A stretch of DNA of 63,751 bases, counting the filler, from Octopus bimaculoides (lineage: Eukaryota), in assembly GCF_001194135.2 (NCBI RefSeq). It is 8 parts of 8 records of this genome, joined end to end, with 100 filler letters (N's around TTAATTAATTAA, not from the genome) between each part and the next. Parts side by side here need not be neighbours in the genome. Positions count along the whole stretch, not along the records: positions 1 to 25,284 come from NC_068981.1; 7 more parts are not named here. One strand, written 5' to 3'. The notes beneath the pieces are model-generated. The model made no database searches. It worked only from the letters and a program-made list of their open reading frames with translations, and was not told the DNA's origin. This document shows positions 1 to 10,979 of the stretch, one piece after another (position 1 is the stretch's first letter; each line of letters starts with the position of its first letter). The translations under genes and the position numbers were made by a program.

Positions 1-52
<52 letters not shown>
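1..52. repeat. (AG)n microsatellite
   Basis: Perfect AG dinucleotide run at the window start. Confidence 0.99.
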
Positions 53-57
<5 letters not shown>

Positions 58-1289
58 AGGGCATTCCATGATGTTTACGTGGTTAGGAGTTGATGGTACA
101 GTATTATGTTGTAGTGGATTTTAAACCGGCTCTTTGCTTTTTCTGCTTCAGATAGTTAACATGTCTCACTTGCAATATCTTTGAATAATAGAACAAGCAA
201 ACTCGAATACCCATTCTTTGACAACGATGTGCTGCTTAATAACCTTGCTGATATAGGGAGTTGTTATTACTGCAGCGTTCATATATTTAAGAAAACGAAG
301 ACAATGTCAACAAGAGAAGTGAAACCAAAAGCACAAAAAACACAACAGTGGAAATTATAACGAAGCTTTATATCAACGCCAGTAACAGCATCAATAACAC
401 CGATTTCAACGATCGTAAATAATATTCAACAAGTATTTTTTGCAGCTTTGACAAAAGATGTTACTTACTACATCTTTTAACCATTAAGTCGATGTAGAGA
501 AGTGAATCGGTGACATTATGGCGGCGCTGACGTATTACAACGGTGAGATAGATGTTACTTTCGGTTCAAAGAGGAATTAGAGGTATCTATTCATTTTAGA
601 AAAGCAATTTTATCGATTCCTCTCTTTGTTGCTTCCCGTTCAATAATGAAACCAGTCACCCTCGAAATGATAAACACTAATAAACAACATTAAAAGCGAG
701 CAATCTAGTTTCTTTTCGCTACATTTATTAAAAACTGTCCATGTGCAATACAACTAGACATGGAGCATGACCAAATGTAAAATGGAGGTTTGCTAACAAT
801 GGCGCTTTATAATGAAACAATGCTAATCTAATTTGGTGACGTTTTTTTTTTATCCTTTTACAATTCTAATATAATAATGCTTTTACATGTAAGTAATTTT
901 CTCTGATATTATTGTTATTTGTTGTTATCGATGTGTGTTTTTATTGACATCAGTAGATTCTCTTGTAAATCGAATATAACTGATAAACCACAATTGATTA
1001 TTACACTGATTCTGTCATAAAATAACAACATATATTTCTTATAGTTATTTATTTTATTTTAAATCGATAAATTTGATAGAAGCTCTTACTTCTAACAAGA
1101 AACTACGAAAAAGAGATCAAAATTCAAAATTTACAGAGCTACATCGACAGTAGCTAAATAGGAATTGTGTTTTGAATAGTTTGTGGTAAATTCAAGGTGA
1201 GTATAGAATACATTAAATATTAATTGAATATCTAACACTGAATGTTATATACAAGAGGGGGTTGTTTCTGTGTATAAAATATGTTTTAA

Positions 1290-1620
1290 AATAACTATAC
1301 TCTACCAGCCTTATTGTAGTGGACTCTCCTGTCGTAGACGACAGGTGAGGGTTCCGCCATGTTTTGCTGAACAACCTGTATAGAGGATTTGTTTATAGAA
1401 ATCAAATGTTTGGGCTATACATTAGCTCAGTCTCCCCATCAAATTGACATTACCTGTACAGGTGCACGGTGTGCAAACGTCAGATGTTGAAGTGATCGCA
1501 GAGCAACGTGAAATGAAGTGTTTTGCTCAAGAACAAAACACCACGCCTGATCCGGGAATCGAAACCTCAATCTTGTGATCATTAGTGCAACATCCTAACC
1601 GCTAGGTTACGTGTGTTCAA
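1290..1620 (-). mobile_element. Diverged tRNA-derived SINE
   Basis: Plus-strand ...gggaatcgaaacc... is the reverse complement of a B-box (GGTTTCGATTCCC). The central segment gcaacgtgaaatgaagtgttttgctcaagaaca is shared with the copy at 57300-57490. Confidence 0.65.
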
Positions 1621-1714
1621 GTCTTAATGTAGAGGATGAATAACTCAAGATGAGTGTAGAATGGCCATATGTGTTCGCTATGATTTACTTCTGTTACCTT
1701 TAACAAACGAGGGA

Positions 1715-1915
1715 GACTCGATCTGCTGGAAATAGTGATCACATCTTCTACAAACATGCACTGCAATCTTTAAAAACAGCACATTAGATAATGTAATCCA
1801 AGCTGTACTAAGTCTGATTAAAAGATGAGATGAGATGTTCTTTTTGAAATGGCTTTCATCATAGGTCTGTCTCTTTGATCAAAGATGACCTGGACCTAAA
1901 CAGCACCAGTAGCAG
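1715..1915 (+). mobile_element. Diverged SINE-like repeat, 3' portion ending in gacctgg(a/g)c(c)taaac
   Basis: Similar to 21040-21245 (+) and to the reverse complement at 4895-5020, both of which end in (AAC)n-like tails. Confidence 0.5.
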
Positions 1916-2393
1916 CAATATTCATGTTATTATCCATTAACTGTCTTCTAAACACAACTACCGTATGCAATAGCAATAGCCTTCAACTAATGTTAAGATG
2001 TGAAATATTAATTCCGAGAGAAACGATCCAATATTTATTTTCTTATGAGACATCTGAGACATCTCTTAAAGTGATTCCAAAATAATCAATTCTTTCTTCC
2101 TACGTAATAAAAACACCATTTTTCCAATTTCTTTAGACATCACTTCATAAGACTTCAGTTTCCTTAGCTTTAAATCAATGTAGAAAACATTTTAGCATGG
2201 ATATGGCGTTAATAGATTATCGTTTAACATAAAGAGTCATAAGGCTTCGTGTTTTCAGTGTTAAACCAAAGAGGAGACATTCCCTATGGATATGACACCA
2301 GCACTTTATATTCCGCCGGGCTACGAACTACTGCTATATATACCTAAATGTTAGGTGCAGTGAGGAATGGAGAGGGAACAAGAGGGTTACATC

Positions 2394-2541
2394 GAGGCCC
2401 CTAATACTTAACTCAGTATTAGCCCCAGTACTTGAATCAGTATCAACTCCGAAGAGATGAAAGGCTCATGGTTTGAACTCCGAATGCAAAGAATTGCTGC
2501 TAGTATTTTGACCGACGCGCTAACAATTCTACCACTTCACC
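2394..2541 (-). mobile_element. Diverged SINE of the Nin/Deu-like core family
   Basis: The reverse complement contains ttcatctcttcggagttgata, a degenerate version of the ctttcatcctttcggggtcgataaa core seen at 22928-23130. Confidence 0.55.
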
Positions 2542-2787
2542 ATATATACATACATACATACATACATACATACATACAAACGTGTGTGTATACATAAATG
2601 TTTGTGTGTGTTTGTGTATATATATGTGTGTGTGTGTGTGTGTGAGTGTGCATGTGTAAGTATGTATATAAATATAGATATACCATACGCATATGTATAT
2701 GAGAGAAACAAACAAAGTAGGGAGAGAGAGGGGGAGAGAGAGAAGTGGACTTCACTGGTAGATAGACAGATAGATAGACAGACAGAC

Positions 2788-2844
<57 letters not shown>

Positions 2845-2854
2845 NNNNNNNNNN

Positions 2855-2889
<35 letters not shown>

Positions 2890-3217
2890 TATAATGGATA
2901 GATGCATACATACATACAAACAAACATACACACCACACACATACATACGTAAATAAGTAGTCTCCGCTTATAAATTGACAACTTCCACGCAGTCTTAAAT
3001 GGTTTTTTCCAGTTAAACAAGCGCCACATTAGAACATTTAGAAACATCAGTTATTCAATTAGAATTGTTATTCAAAAACATGTTCTTAAAATATCTCACT
3101 TCAATAGCTTTAAGCACAATTTAATATTAAGTTATTAAGATTACGTAACTTTTCTTTAGGATTCTATCTTTTTGTGATTTTCAACTTAAAAGTTTTCGGT
3201 TACAGTGTGAATTCAAC

Positions 3218-3354
3218 AATGTTTTGTGCAGTTCTTCACTCTTGAGGAATCATTTATGAGGTCTTAAGTTTCCCTTCAACTTTGTGTAGAAGGTTCTATA
3301 CGGTCAGCCCATAAACTGGACTTTGGAGACTTTAGCAGAGTTCTGTCTGTTCTA
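3218..3354 (-). repeat. Dispersed repeat, copy A (inverted relative to 5489-5651)
   Basis: The reverse complement aligns with 5489-5651, including 33 bp with 2 mismatches (tagaacaga..gaactctgctaaagtctccaaa), aggttctatacgg and gaatcatttatg. Confidence 0.75.
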
Positions 3355-3455
3355 CGGAATTTGATCTCCAAACATCTTTCAACCGCCACCTCGCTCACAC
3401 CTAACTTTCTTGCATATCAGACTCTCCTCTCTGTCTATCTGCCTATCTGTCTCTG

Positions 3456-3511
<56 letters not shown>

Positions 3512-4063
3512 TCNNNNNNNNNNNNNNNNNNNNNNNNNNNNNNNNNNNNNNNNNNNNNNNNNNNNNNNNNNNNNNNNNNNNNNNNNNNNNNNNNNNNNNN
3601 NNNNNNNNNNNNNNNNNNNNNNNNNNNNNNNNNNNNNNNNNNNNNNNNNNNNNNNNNNNNNNNNNNNNNNNNNNNNNNNNNNNNNNNNNNNNNNNNNNNN
3701 NNNNNNNNNNNNNNNNNNNNNNNNNNNNNNNNNNNNNNNNNNNNNNNNNNNNNNNNNNNNNNNNNNNNNNNNNNNNNNNNNNNNNNNNNNNNNNNNNNNN
3801 NNNNNNNNNNNNNNNNNNNNNNNNNNNNNNNNNNNNNNNNNNNNNNNNNNNNNNNNNNNNNNNNNNNNNNNNNNNNNNNNNNNNNNNNNNNNNNNNNNNN
3901 NNNNNNNNNNNNNNNNNNNNNNNNNNNNNNNNNNNNNNNNNNNNNNNNNNNNNNNNNNNNNNNNNNNNNNNNNNNNNNNNNNNNNNNNNNNNNNNNNNNN
4001 NNNNNNNNNNNNNNNNNNNNNNNNNNNNNNNNNNNNNNNNNNNNNNNNNNNNNNNNNNNNNNN

Positions 4064-4122
<59 letters not shown>

Positions 4123-4276
4123 CTCTCTCACTCACTATGATTGCGACGGCCACGGAAACCACTCGCAGTGTCTGTGATGTCAGAAAAAAATCGGGTAACT
4201 ATTGACATAAGTTCAAATAACCACAGAACTCGGAAAACCGACCTTCCTTTCAGCATCTTTTAAAGAGTTGGTTGGT

Positions 4277-4480
4277 AAAGCAGCGATCTGGCAGAACGAT
4301 TAGGACATCGGACAAAATGCTTCACGTCCTGAATTCAAATACTGCCACGAGCAACTTTATCCTTTCATCCTTTTGAAGTCTATAAAATATTTATCAACTG
4401 AGCCCTGTGGGGTGAGGAATATAATTGTCCTTCACTTCTCCTTAAATTTGCTGGCCTTGTGCCAAAATTCGAAACGATTC
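4277..4480 (+). mobile_element. Diverged SINE of the Nin/Deu-like core family
   Basis: Head gcgatctggcagaacgattag, core cctttcatccttttgaagtctataaa, tail aaatttgctggccttgtgccaaaattcgaaacg. Same layout as 22928-23130. Confidence 0.65.
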
Positions 4481-5049
4481 TTAAAACTTGCTGCTTGCAA
4501 GTGATGAGGGTTTTAGCATGCTTTTAAGAATTTGATTGATTCTAATCGAATTTTCCAGCGTTTTCAGGAATGTAAGACACCAACTGGACAGAGAGAATCA
4601 GCGAAGAGGTTTGACAGTTTGTATCCTGACAGTAATACTGAGTGATGGAGAAAGCCAGAACATTTAACTGTCAAATCGTTCAGTCAACATGGCTGAAAAT
4701 TGAATAGAAGTACCATCTACCACGATGCCAGAAGAAATAATGTTACTGATCTAAGCAGCAGTAATACTGTAAAACAAATGTTTATACGTGGTGTCGAATG
4801 ATGTCCAGTTGAACTTCACTATGAATATCAACACGGTAACGTGATATCCATGCAATGTAACCTTCCGTGATGTTGACGTTGTCGGATTTCTTTCTTGCTG
4901 TTGTTGTTGTTGTTGTTGTTGTTGTTATCAACGTCGCTGTTGTTTTAACCCCAGGTCACCTTTAATTGATCGGGGGGCGGGGGAATGAAGGATTAAAGGC
5001 GACTCTATTGTGTTGGATTGCTGTTCTTGTTTTTGCGGCTACTGCAAAT

Positions 5050-5050
5050 G

Positions 5051-5082
<32 letters not shown>

Positions 5083-5167
5083 GATGATGATGATGACGGT
5101 GATGATGGTGGTGGTGGTGATGGTGGTGGTGGCGACGACGATGGTGGTGGTAGTAGTGATGGTGGTG
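5050..5167. repeat. (GAT)n/(GGT)n compound trinucleotide repeat
   Basis: Direct reading; runs into an N gap. Confidence 0.95.
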
Positions 5168-5488
5168 NNNNNNNNNNNNNNNNNNNNNNNNNNNNNNNNN
5201 NNNNNNNNNNNNNNNNNNNNNNNNNNNNNNNNNNNNNNNNNNNNNNNNNNNNNNNNNNNNNNNNNNNNNNNNNNNNNNNNNNNNNNNNNNNNNNNNNNNN
5301 NNNNNNNNNNNNNNNNNNNNNNNNNNNNNNNNNNNNNNNNNNNNNNNNNNNNNNNNNNNNNNNNNNNNNNNNNNNNNNNNNNNNNNNNNNNNNNNNNNNN
5401 NNNNNNNNNNNNNNNNNNNNNNNNNNNNNNNNNNNGTGGTGGTGGTGGTGGTGGTGGTGTGTAGCAGCCAGCATGTGGTCAGAATACT

Positions 5489-5651
5489 TAGAACAGATCG
5501 AACTCTGCTAAAGTCTCCAAATACCCGGTCACTGCGATGACCCCCATCCTTACGCCGTATAGAACCTTTCTCATAAAGTTGAAGAGAACGTCAGAGCGCA
5601 TAAATGATTCGACAAGATTGAGGAACTGCCCAAAACATTGAGGATAAGGGA
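5489..5651 (+). repeat. Dispersed repeat, copy B (inverted relative to 3218-3354)
   Basis: See copy A. Confidence 0.75.
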
Positions 5652-5870
5652 AGACTAAAGGCTGGTTCCATGTGTTGAAGTAGGGTTTTTGATCTTTTGT
5701 GGTAAAAGTGTGACATTCTCAATGGTCCTCAATGGCTCTTAGAGTTTCTCAATTACTCACACTGATCCCCATGGTTCTCAAGGATTCCCATGGTTCTCAC
5801 AGTTTGCACAAATTCATTTCAGGGAAAGTCACTGGAAATTCTATGATTTGTGTGTATAAATATATATCCA

Positions 5871-6066
5871 CTTAAAAAGCACTGGTGCCACGTAAAAAAG
5901 CACCCATTAGATTAAACGAAGTGGCTGGTGTTAAGAAGGGCATCCGGTCATAAAAACAGACAATGGAGCCTAGTGTGGCCTCGGTCACGCCGGCTCCTGT
6001 CAGACCGTCTAACACCCATGCCAGCATGGAAAACATACTTTAAATGATGACGATGATGATTATGAT
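5871..6066 (+). mobile_element. RTE-type 3'-tail repeat (non-autonomous or SINE) with (GAT)n tail
   Basis: aagaagggcatccggtcata...acccatgccagcatggaaa...gatgatgat. Reverse-complement homolog of 46621-46970 and 51548-51780. Confidence 0.7.
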
Positions 6067-6170
6067 GATATATAAAGATATATATGTGTACATATATCCA
6101 TCCATCCATATACATATACACACATTGTTTTTTTCTCTCCTTGTTTCTCTCCTTGTTTCTTTCTGTGTTC

Positions 6171-6206
6171 CTTTCTGTAGAAGAACGTAGGCTCGAAACG
6201 TTAAAG
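6171..6206 (+). ncRNA. Minimal type-I hammerhead-ribozyme-like motif (variant core CUGUAGA)
   Basis: CTTT-CTGTAGA-A-GAAC-gtag-GCTC-GAAA-CGT-T-AAAG. Stem I CTTT/AAAG, stem II with one mismatch, palindromic stem III ACGT. It sits in a pyrimidine-rich segment (6121-6305) resembling a Penelope terminal repeat. Confidence 0.45.
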
Positions 6207-6307
6207 ACTTTTTCAATTCCCGAGCGTTATACTAATACATCTGCTTGTTTTCTACACCACAAGTTTTCATCTTTTGTTGTTTGTTTCTTTTTTTGTGAAT
6301 TCTCCCC

Positions 6308-6382
<75 letters not shown>

Positions 6383-6392
6383 TACGAGGGAT

Positions 6393-6420
<28 letters not shown>

Positions 6421-6426
<6 letters not shown>

Positions 6427-7110
6427 GGCGTGATTAAGAAACTTGCTTTGCAGCCACGTGCTTTTGGCATCAATCCCACTGTGCGGCGCCATGAGGAAGT
6501 CTGTCGTATATATCTGTGTATGTGTGTATGCGTGCGTGTGTGTGTGTGTGTGTTCATGATTGTAAATATGTATCAGTATATGTACGTACGTACGTACGTA
6601 TGTATGTATGTATGTATGTATGTATGTATGTATGTATATGACGCATGTATGTCATTGTTCAGTTTTGTATCAAGATCTCTTGCCAATAGTGAAAGAATCG
6701 GTTTCTAACCTAGATCCAAGGCTCCTTCATTGGAGCTTCAACATCAACAATAGGGTATTTTTGTTTGTAGGTATGTATGCATGTATGTATGTATGTATGT
6801 ATGTATGTATATGTGCAGATCTGTATGTTTTGCTTTATGTGTGTATTATGTATCTTTGTGCATTTAGGTGTTTATACGTCTTTGTAGCTGTGTTTGTTTT
6901 CACTTCGCCACCTCTCGACGACCGGTGTTCGTTTCTCTTATGTTCCCGTAAAGCAGCCATTCGGTAAAGGACAGCGATAGATTAAATACAAGACTTAAAA
7001 AGAAAAAGAATCCCTAGGGTCGATTACTTCGACAAAAACCCTTCGAGGCGGTGTTGTATAATGGCCGCAAGCCAACAACTGGGACAAATAAAAGATAAAA
7101 GAAGATACAT
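6421..7110 (+). mobile_element. Diverged tRNA-SINE with internal microsatellite (head 6421-6510, 3' body ~6890-7110)
   Basis: Head and 3' body are homologous to the full-length copies at 13365-13800 and 39742-40192. Confidence 0.6.
6651..6755 (-). repeat. Retroelement-like 3' tail segment, duplicated at 12841-12945
   Basis: gtcatt(g/a)ttcagttt...caagat(c/t)tcttgccaatag..aaagaa..gtttctaacctagatccaa(g/a)gctccttcattg occurs twice, each time beside a (TATG)n run. Confidence 0.7.
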
Positions 7111-7727
7111 CTGGGCTCAGAGAAGAGGAAGTAAAACAGAAGGAGGGAGAGTTGGAGGAAGGAGGGGGTTCAGTCAAACTGGAAATTAGCATCAATTACA
7201 GTTAATTAACTTCTGTGGTTAGTTAAATATTGAAACGTGTGACGAAACACCGGTTTTGGTGCGTATGTTTGTGTATGTGTCTGTACTTGTATTTGTGAAT
7301 GTGTGTAGATGACATGACAATGTATGTATGTCTGTGTGTTCCTGTATGTATCTCTGTATACATATATGCGGCTGTTTATATATATATGTGTTTATATATA
7401 TGTGTGTGCGTGTGTGTTTTTGGTGTGTAAACATATATATACATATTACATATACATATATANNNNNNNNNNNNNNNNNNNNNNNNNNNNNNNNNNNNNN
7501 NNNNNNNNNNNNNNNNNNNNNNNNNNNNNNNNNNNNNNNNNNNNNNNNNNNNNNNNNNNNNNNNNNNNNNNNNNNNNNNNNNNNNNNNNNNNNNNNNNNN
7601 NNNNNNNNNNNNNNNNNNNNNNNNNNNNNNNNNNNNNNNNNNNNNNNNNNNNNNNNNNNNNNNNNNNNNNNNNNNNNNNNNNNNNNNNNNNNNNNNNNNN
7701 NNNNNNNNNNNNNNNNNNNNNNNNNNN

Positions 7728-7772
<45 letters not shown>

Positions 7773-9739
7773 GTATGTATGTATATACACTCACGCATAT
7801 ATATACACAGATGTGTATATATGTGTATGTGTGCGTCTGTATGCCTTTTTGTGTTTATATATGACTGCGTCTGTATGACAATGTTATTGCACATGTGTAT
7901 CTATATACCAATATGGCGTATATGTCAATGTATGCCTACATGTGAATGTGCACATTTGACTACGTAGATGTACATGTGTGTCTATGTGCCAATAAGAGTA
8001 TATGTATTTTTGTGCGTTTATATGCGACAACGGCGTCATGTACAGTATATATGAGCTTCTATATCCATGTATATGCACCAATGTACGCATGTTTGTGTGT
8101 CTATGAGAGAGAGTGAGTGTATGTACATCTCCTTTTCTGTATGCGAGTGTGATTGTGTTATATGGCAGAATACCTCCGTGTATGGCTAGGAACGTCAATC
8201 AAAGTCAAATTTTAACCGAAACTTCAAAGTAAGTTTGTGCGTTATTTTTACTCAGCTTTCAGCTCTTAGATCTTCCATATTGATCGAAGACATTCAAGAT
8301 GGTGCGTGTATGTGTGAGACAAAGATTGCCTGTACGTGTGCGTCTGTTGCTATATTTGTTTATACGTGTGCGTCGGAGTCTCTTACATGCCTGCCTTTGT
8401 GAATATATGTATTCATATGAGCGTGTGTGTGTATATATATATGTATGTATGTGTGTATATGTGCGTGGGCGTATGAGTATTGTTTTAGAAACAGGAAAAT
8501 GAGAACTTACACATGAAATAGAGTATGTATAAAGTTTGATTAGCTGGGATTGTTACAGTGACTCATGAGCTTCGACGTTCGTGCCTTGCCAGAATATATG
8601 TGCGTATATGTATGTACATACCTTGCGTATGTGTGTGTNNNNNNNNNNNNNNNNNNNNNNNNNNNNNNNNNNNNNNNNNNNNNNNNNNNNNNNNNNNNNN
8701 NNNNNNNNNNNNNNNNNNNNNNNNNNNNNNNNNNNNNNNNNNNNNNNNNNNNNNNNNNNNNNNNNNNNNNNNNNNNNNNNNNNNNNNNNNNNNNNNNNNN
8801 NNNNNNNNNNNNNNNNNNNNNNNNNNNNNNNNNNNNNNNNNNNNNNNNNNNNNNNNNNNNNNNNNNNNNNNNNNNNNNNNNNNNNNNNNNNNNNNNNNNN
8901 NNNNNNNNNNNNNNNNNNNNNNNNNNNNNNNNNNNNNNNNNNNNNNNNNNNNNNNNNNNNNNNNNNNNNNNNNNNNNNNNNNNNNNNNNNNNNNNNNNNN
9001 NNNNNNNNNNNNNNNNNNNNNNNNNNNNNNNNNNNNNNNNNNNNNNNNNNNNNNNNNNNNNNNNNNNNNNNNNNNNNNNNNNNNNNNNNNNNNNNNNNNN
9101 NNNNNNNNNNNNNNNNNNNNNNNNNNNNNNNNNNNNNNNNNNNNNNNNNNNNNNNNNNNNNNNNNNNNNNNNNNNNNNNNNNNNNNNNNNNNNNNNNNNN
9201 NNNNNNNNNNNNNNNNNNNNNNNNNNNNNNNNNNNNNNNNNNNNNNNNNNNNNNNNNNNNNNNNNNNNNNNNNNNNNNNNNNNNNNNNNNNNNNNNNNNN
9301 NNNNNNNNNNNNNNNNNNNNNNNNNNNNNNNNNNNNNNNNNNNNNNNNNNNNNNNNNNNNNNNNNNNNNNNNNNNNNNNNNNNNNNNNNNNNNNNNNNNN
9401 NNNNNNNNNNNNNNNNTATGTATGTATGTATGTATGTATGTATGCTGTTGTATGTTGTATGTGTGTTTCTGTAAATGAGTGAGTGACTTTAAGAGCACGT
9501 TTGCGTTTTACCGTGCTTATATGTTCAGATTAATATTTACCAGTCTATTATTGTTTTTCTAACTAAATATATGAATGTGTATCCAAGTGCACCTTTCGTG
9601 TCCGTGTGTGAGTTATGCTAATATGCCATCGGGAGCATTTATTTGTTCAGGTGTTTCAAGTGAATGTTTACACAACAAGCGCAAATGCACTCATACATAC
9701 ATACATAAATACATATATACATGCGTATGCACTTACGTG

Positions 9740-9779
<40 letters not shown>

Positions 9780-10183
9780 CACGGTGGTTGCTCCATCTTT
9801 AGAGATGATTGCTCTCGTCTTTTGCTTCCTCGTTGTAAATGGCATTTTCTGACTTCCTATTCAAGATCTCCCACATGACTTTCACTACTCTTGCAGATTT
9901 TCATGGTCTGAAGCGTAGGTATCAGACGAAAGTTGTAACTTAATATGCGTTTCCGGTTGATTAGACCTCTGCAAGTCACCGCTCCTCTATCGACATAAGA
10001 CTATCTTTATATGGAATGGCAAATAAGGTCAGCATAGAGAGACATCTGCACAGCATTATAATTATGCTGATAAAGTCTTGTGCAATCTTTGTACCACTCT
10101 CAGAATCTCCATGAGTTTACCGTCATCAAATCACCGCAGGGGAAGTTCACCATAAGGTATGTTCACTGATTGCACGTTTCCAT

Positions 10184-10405
10184 CTCTTTTACTCTTTTAC
10201 TCTTTTATCTGTTGCAGTCATTTGACTGCGGCCATGCTGGAGCACCGCCTTTAGTCGAGAAAATCGACCCCAGAACTTATTCTTTGTAAGCCTAGTACTT
10301 ATTCTATCGGTCTCTTTTGCCAAACCGCTAAGTTACGCGGACGTAAACACACCAGCATCGTTTGTCAAGCGATGTTGGTGGGGGGACAAACACAGACACA
10401 CAAAG

Positions 10406-10446
<41 letters not shown>

Positions 10447-10506
10447 NNNNNNNNNNAACCAGGTGGTTGGTAAACAAGCTACTTACCACACAGCCACTCC
10501 TGCGCC
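10184..10506 (-). mobile_element. tRNA-SINE with internal microsatellite (gap inside)
   Basis: 3' body cagtcatttgactgcggccatgctggagcaccgcctttagtcga...; head remnant ctacttaccacacagccactcctgcgcc after the gap; (CTCTTTTA)n tail. Confidence 0.85.
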
Positions 10507-10979
10507 ATTATTTTCGGATTTTTCCTGTTTTTTTTTTAATAGAATAGTTTTTAACTATTGAGGGTGAGATACTATGGATATATTTTCTCAGTAAACTCCC
10601 CTCGCAGTGAACTTTCTTCATGCTGAACCTTCAATGTGAATTGATGGCTATGAACTTATCTGTGGTCATGATTAGTACCTAGTGTCAAACCGAAGCGAAA
10701 TGACTACTAATCAGATGAAACTGCATGTTTTACATCACCTTGCTCCCACCACCACCACACACATACACCTCCAAATAGGATATTGTGACACCAGCTAGAG
10801 GTTTCTCATTACCAGTAATTTTACTGTGCACCCTGACACTAACCAAGGATATTCTTGTATTCCGAGGTTCAGATGGAATGTCATTACATACCAATTACTC
10901 CGGACAGGTGCTACTACACCGGGTCAGAACTGATCTGGGAATAACAGTGGTTAAGAGATTATGCCAGGTCACTTTCGAG

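Noticed and set aside
4966-5511. ORF resembling a signal peptide plus Asp/Gly-rich secreted (biomineral-like) protein
   Set aside because: It starts at TTG directly after an in-frame TAA. The hydrophobic part overlaps a reverse-strand SINE tail, the acidic part is a (GAT/GGT)n microsatellite, and the rest is N.
9882-9925. Possible micro-exon ctcttgcag|ATTTCATGGTCTGAAGCGTAG|gtatca
   Set aside because: Weak donor, and the peptide does not match SHMT or any recognisable protein.
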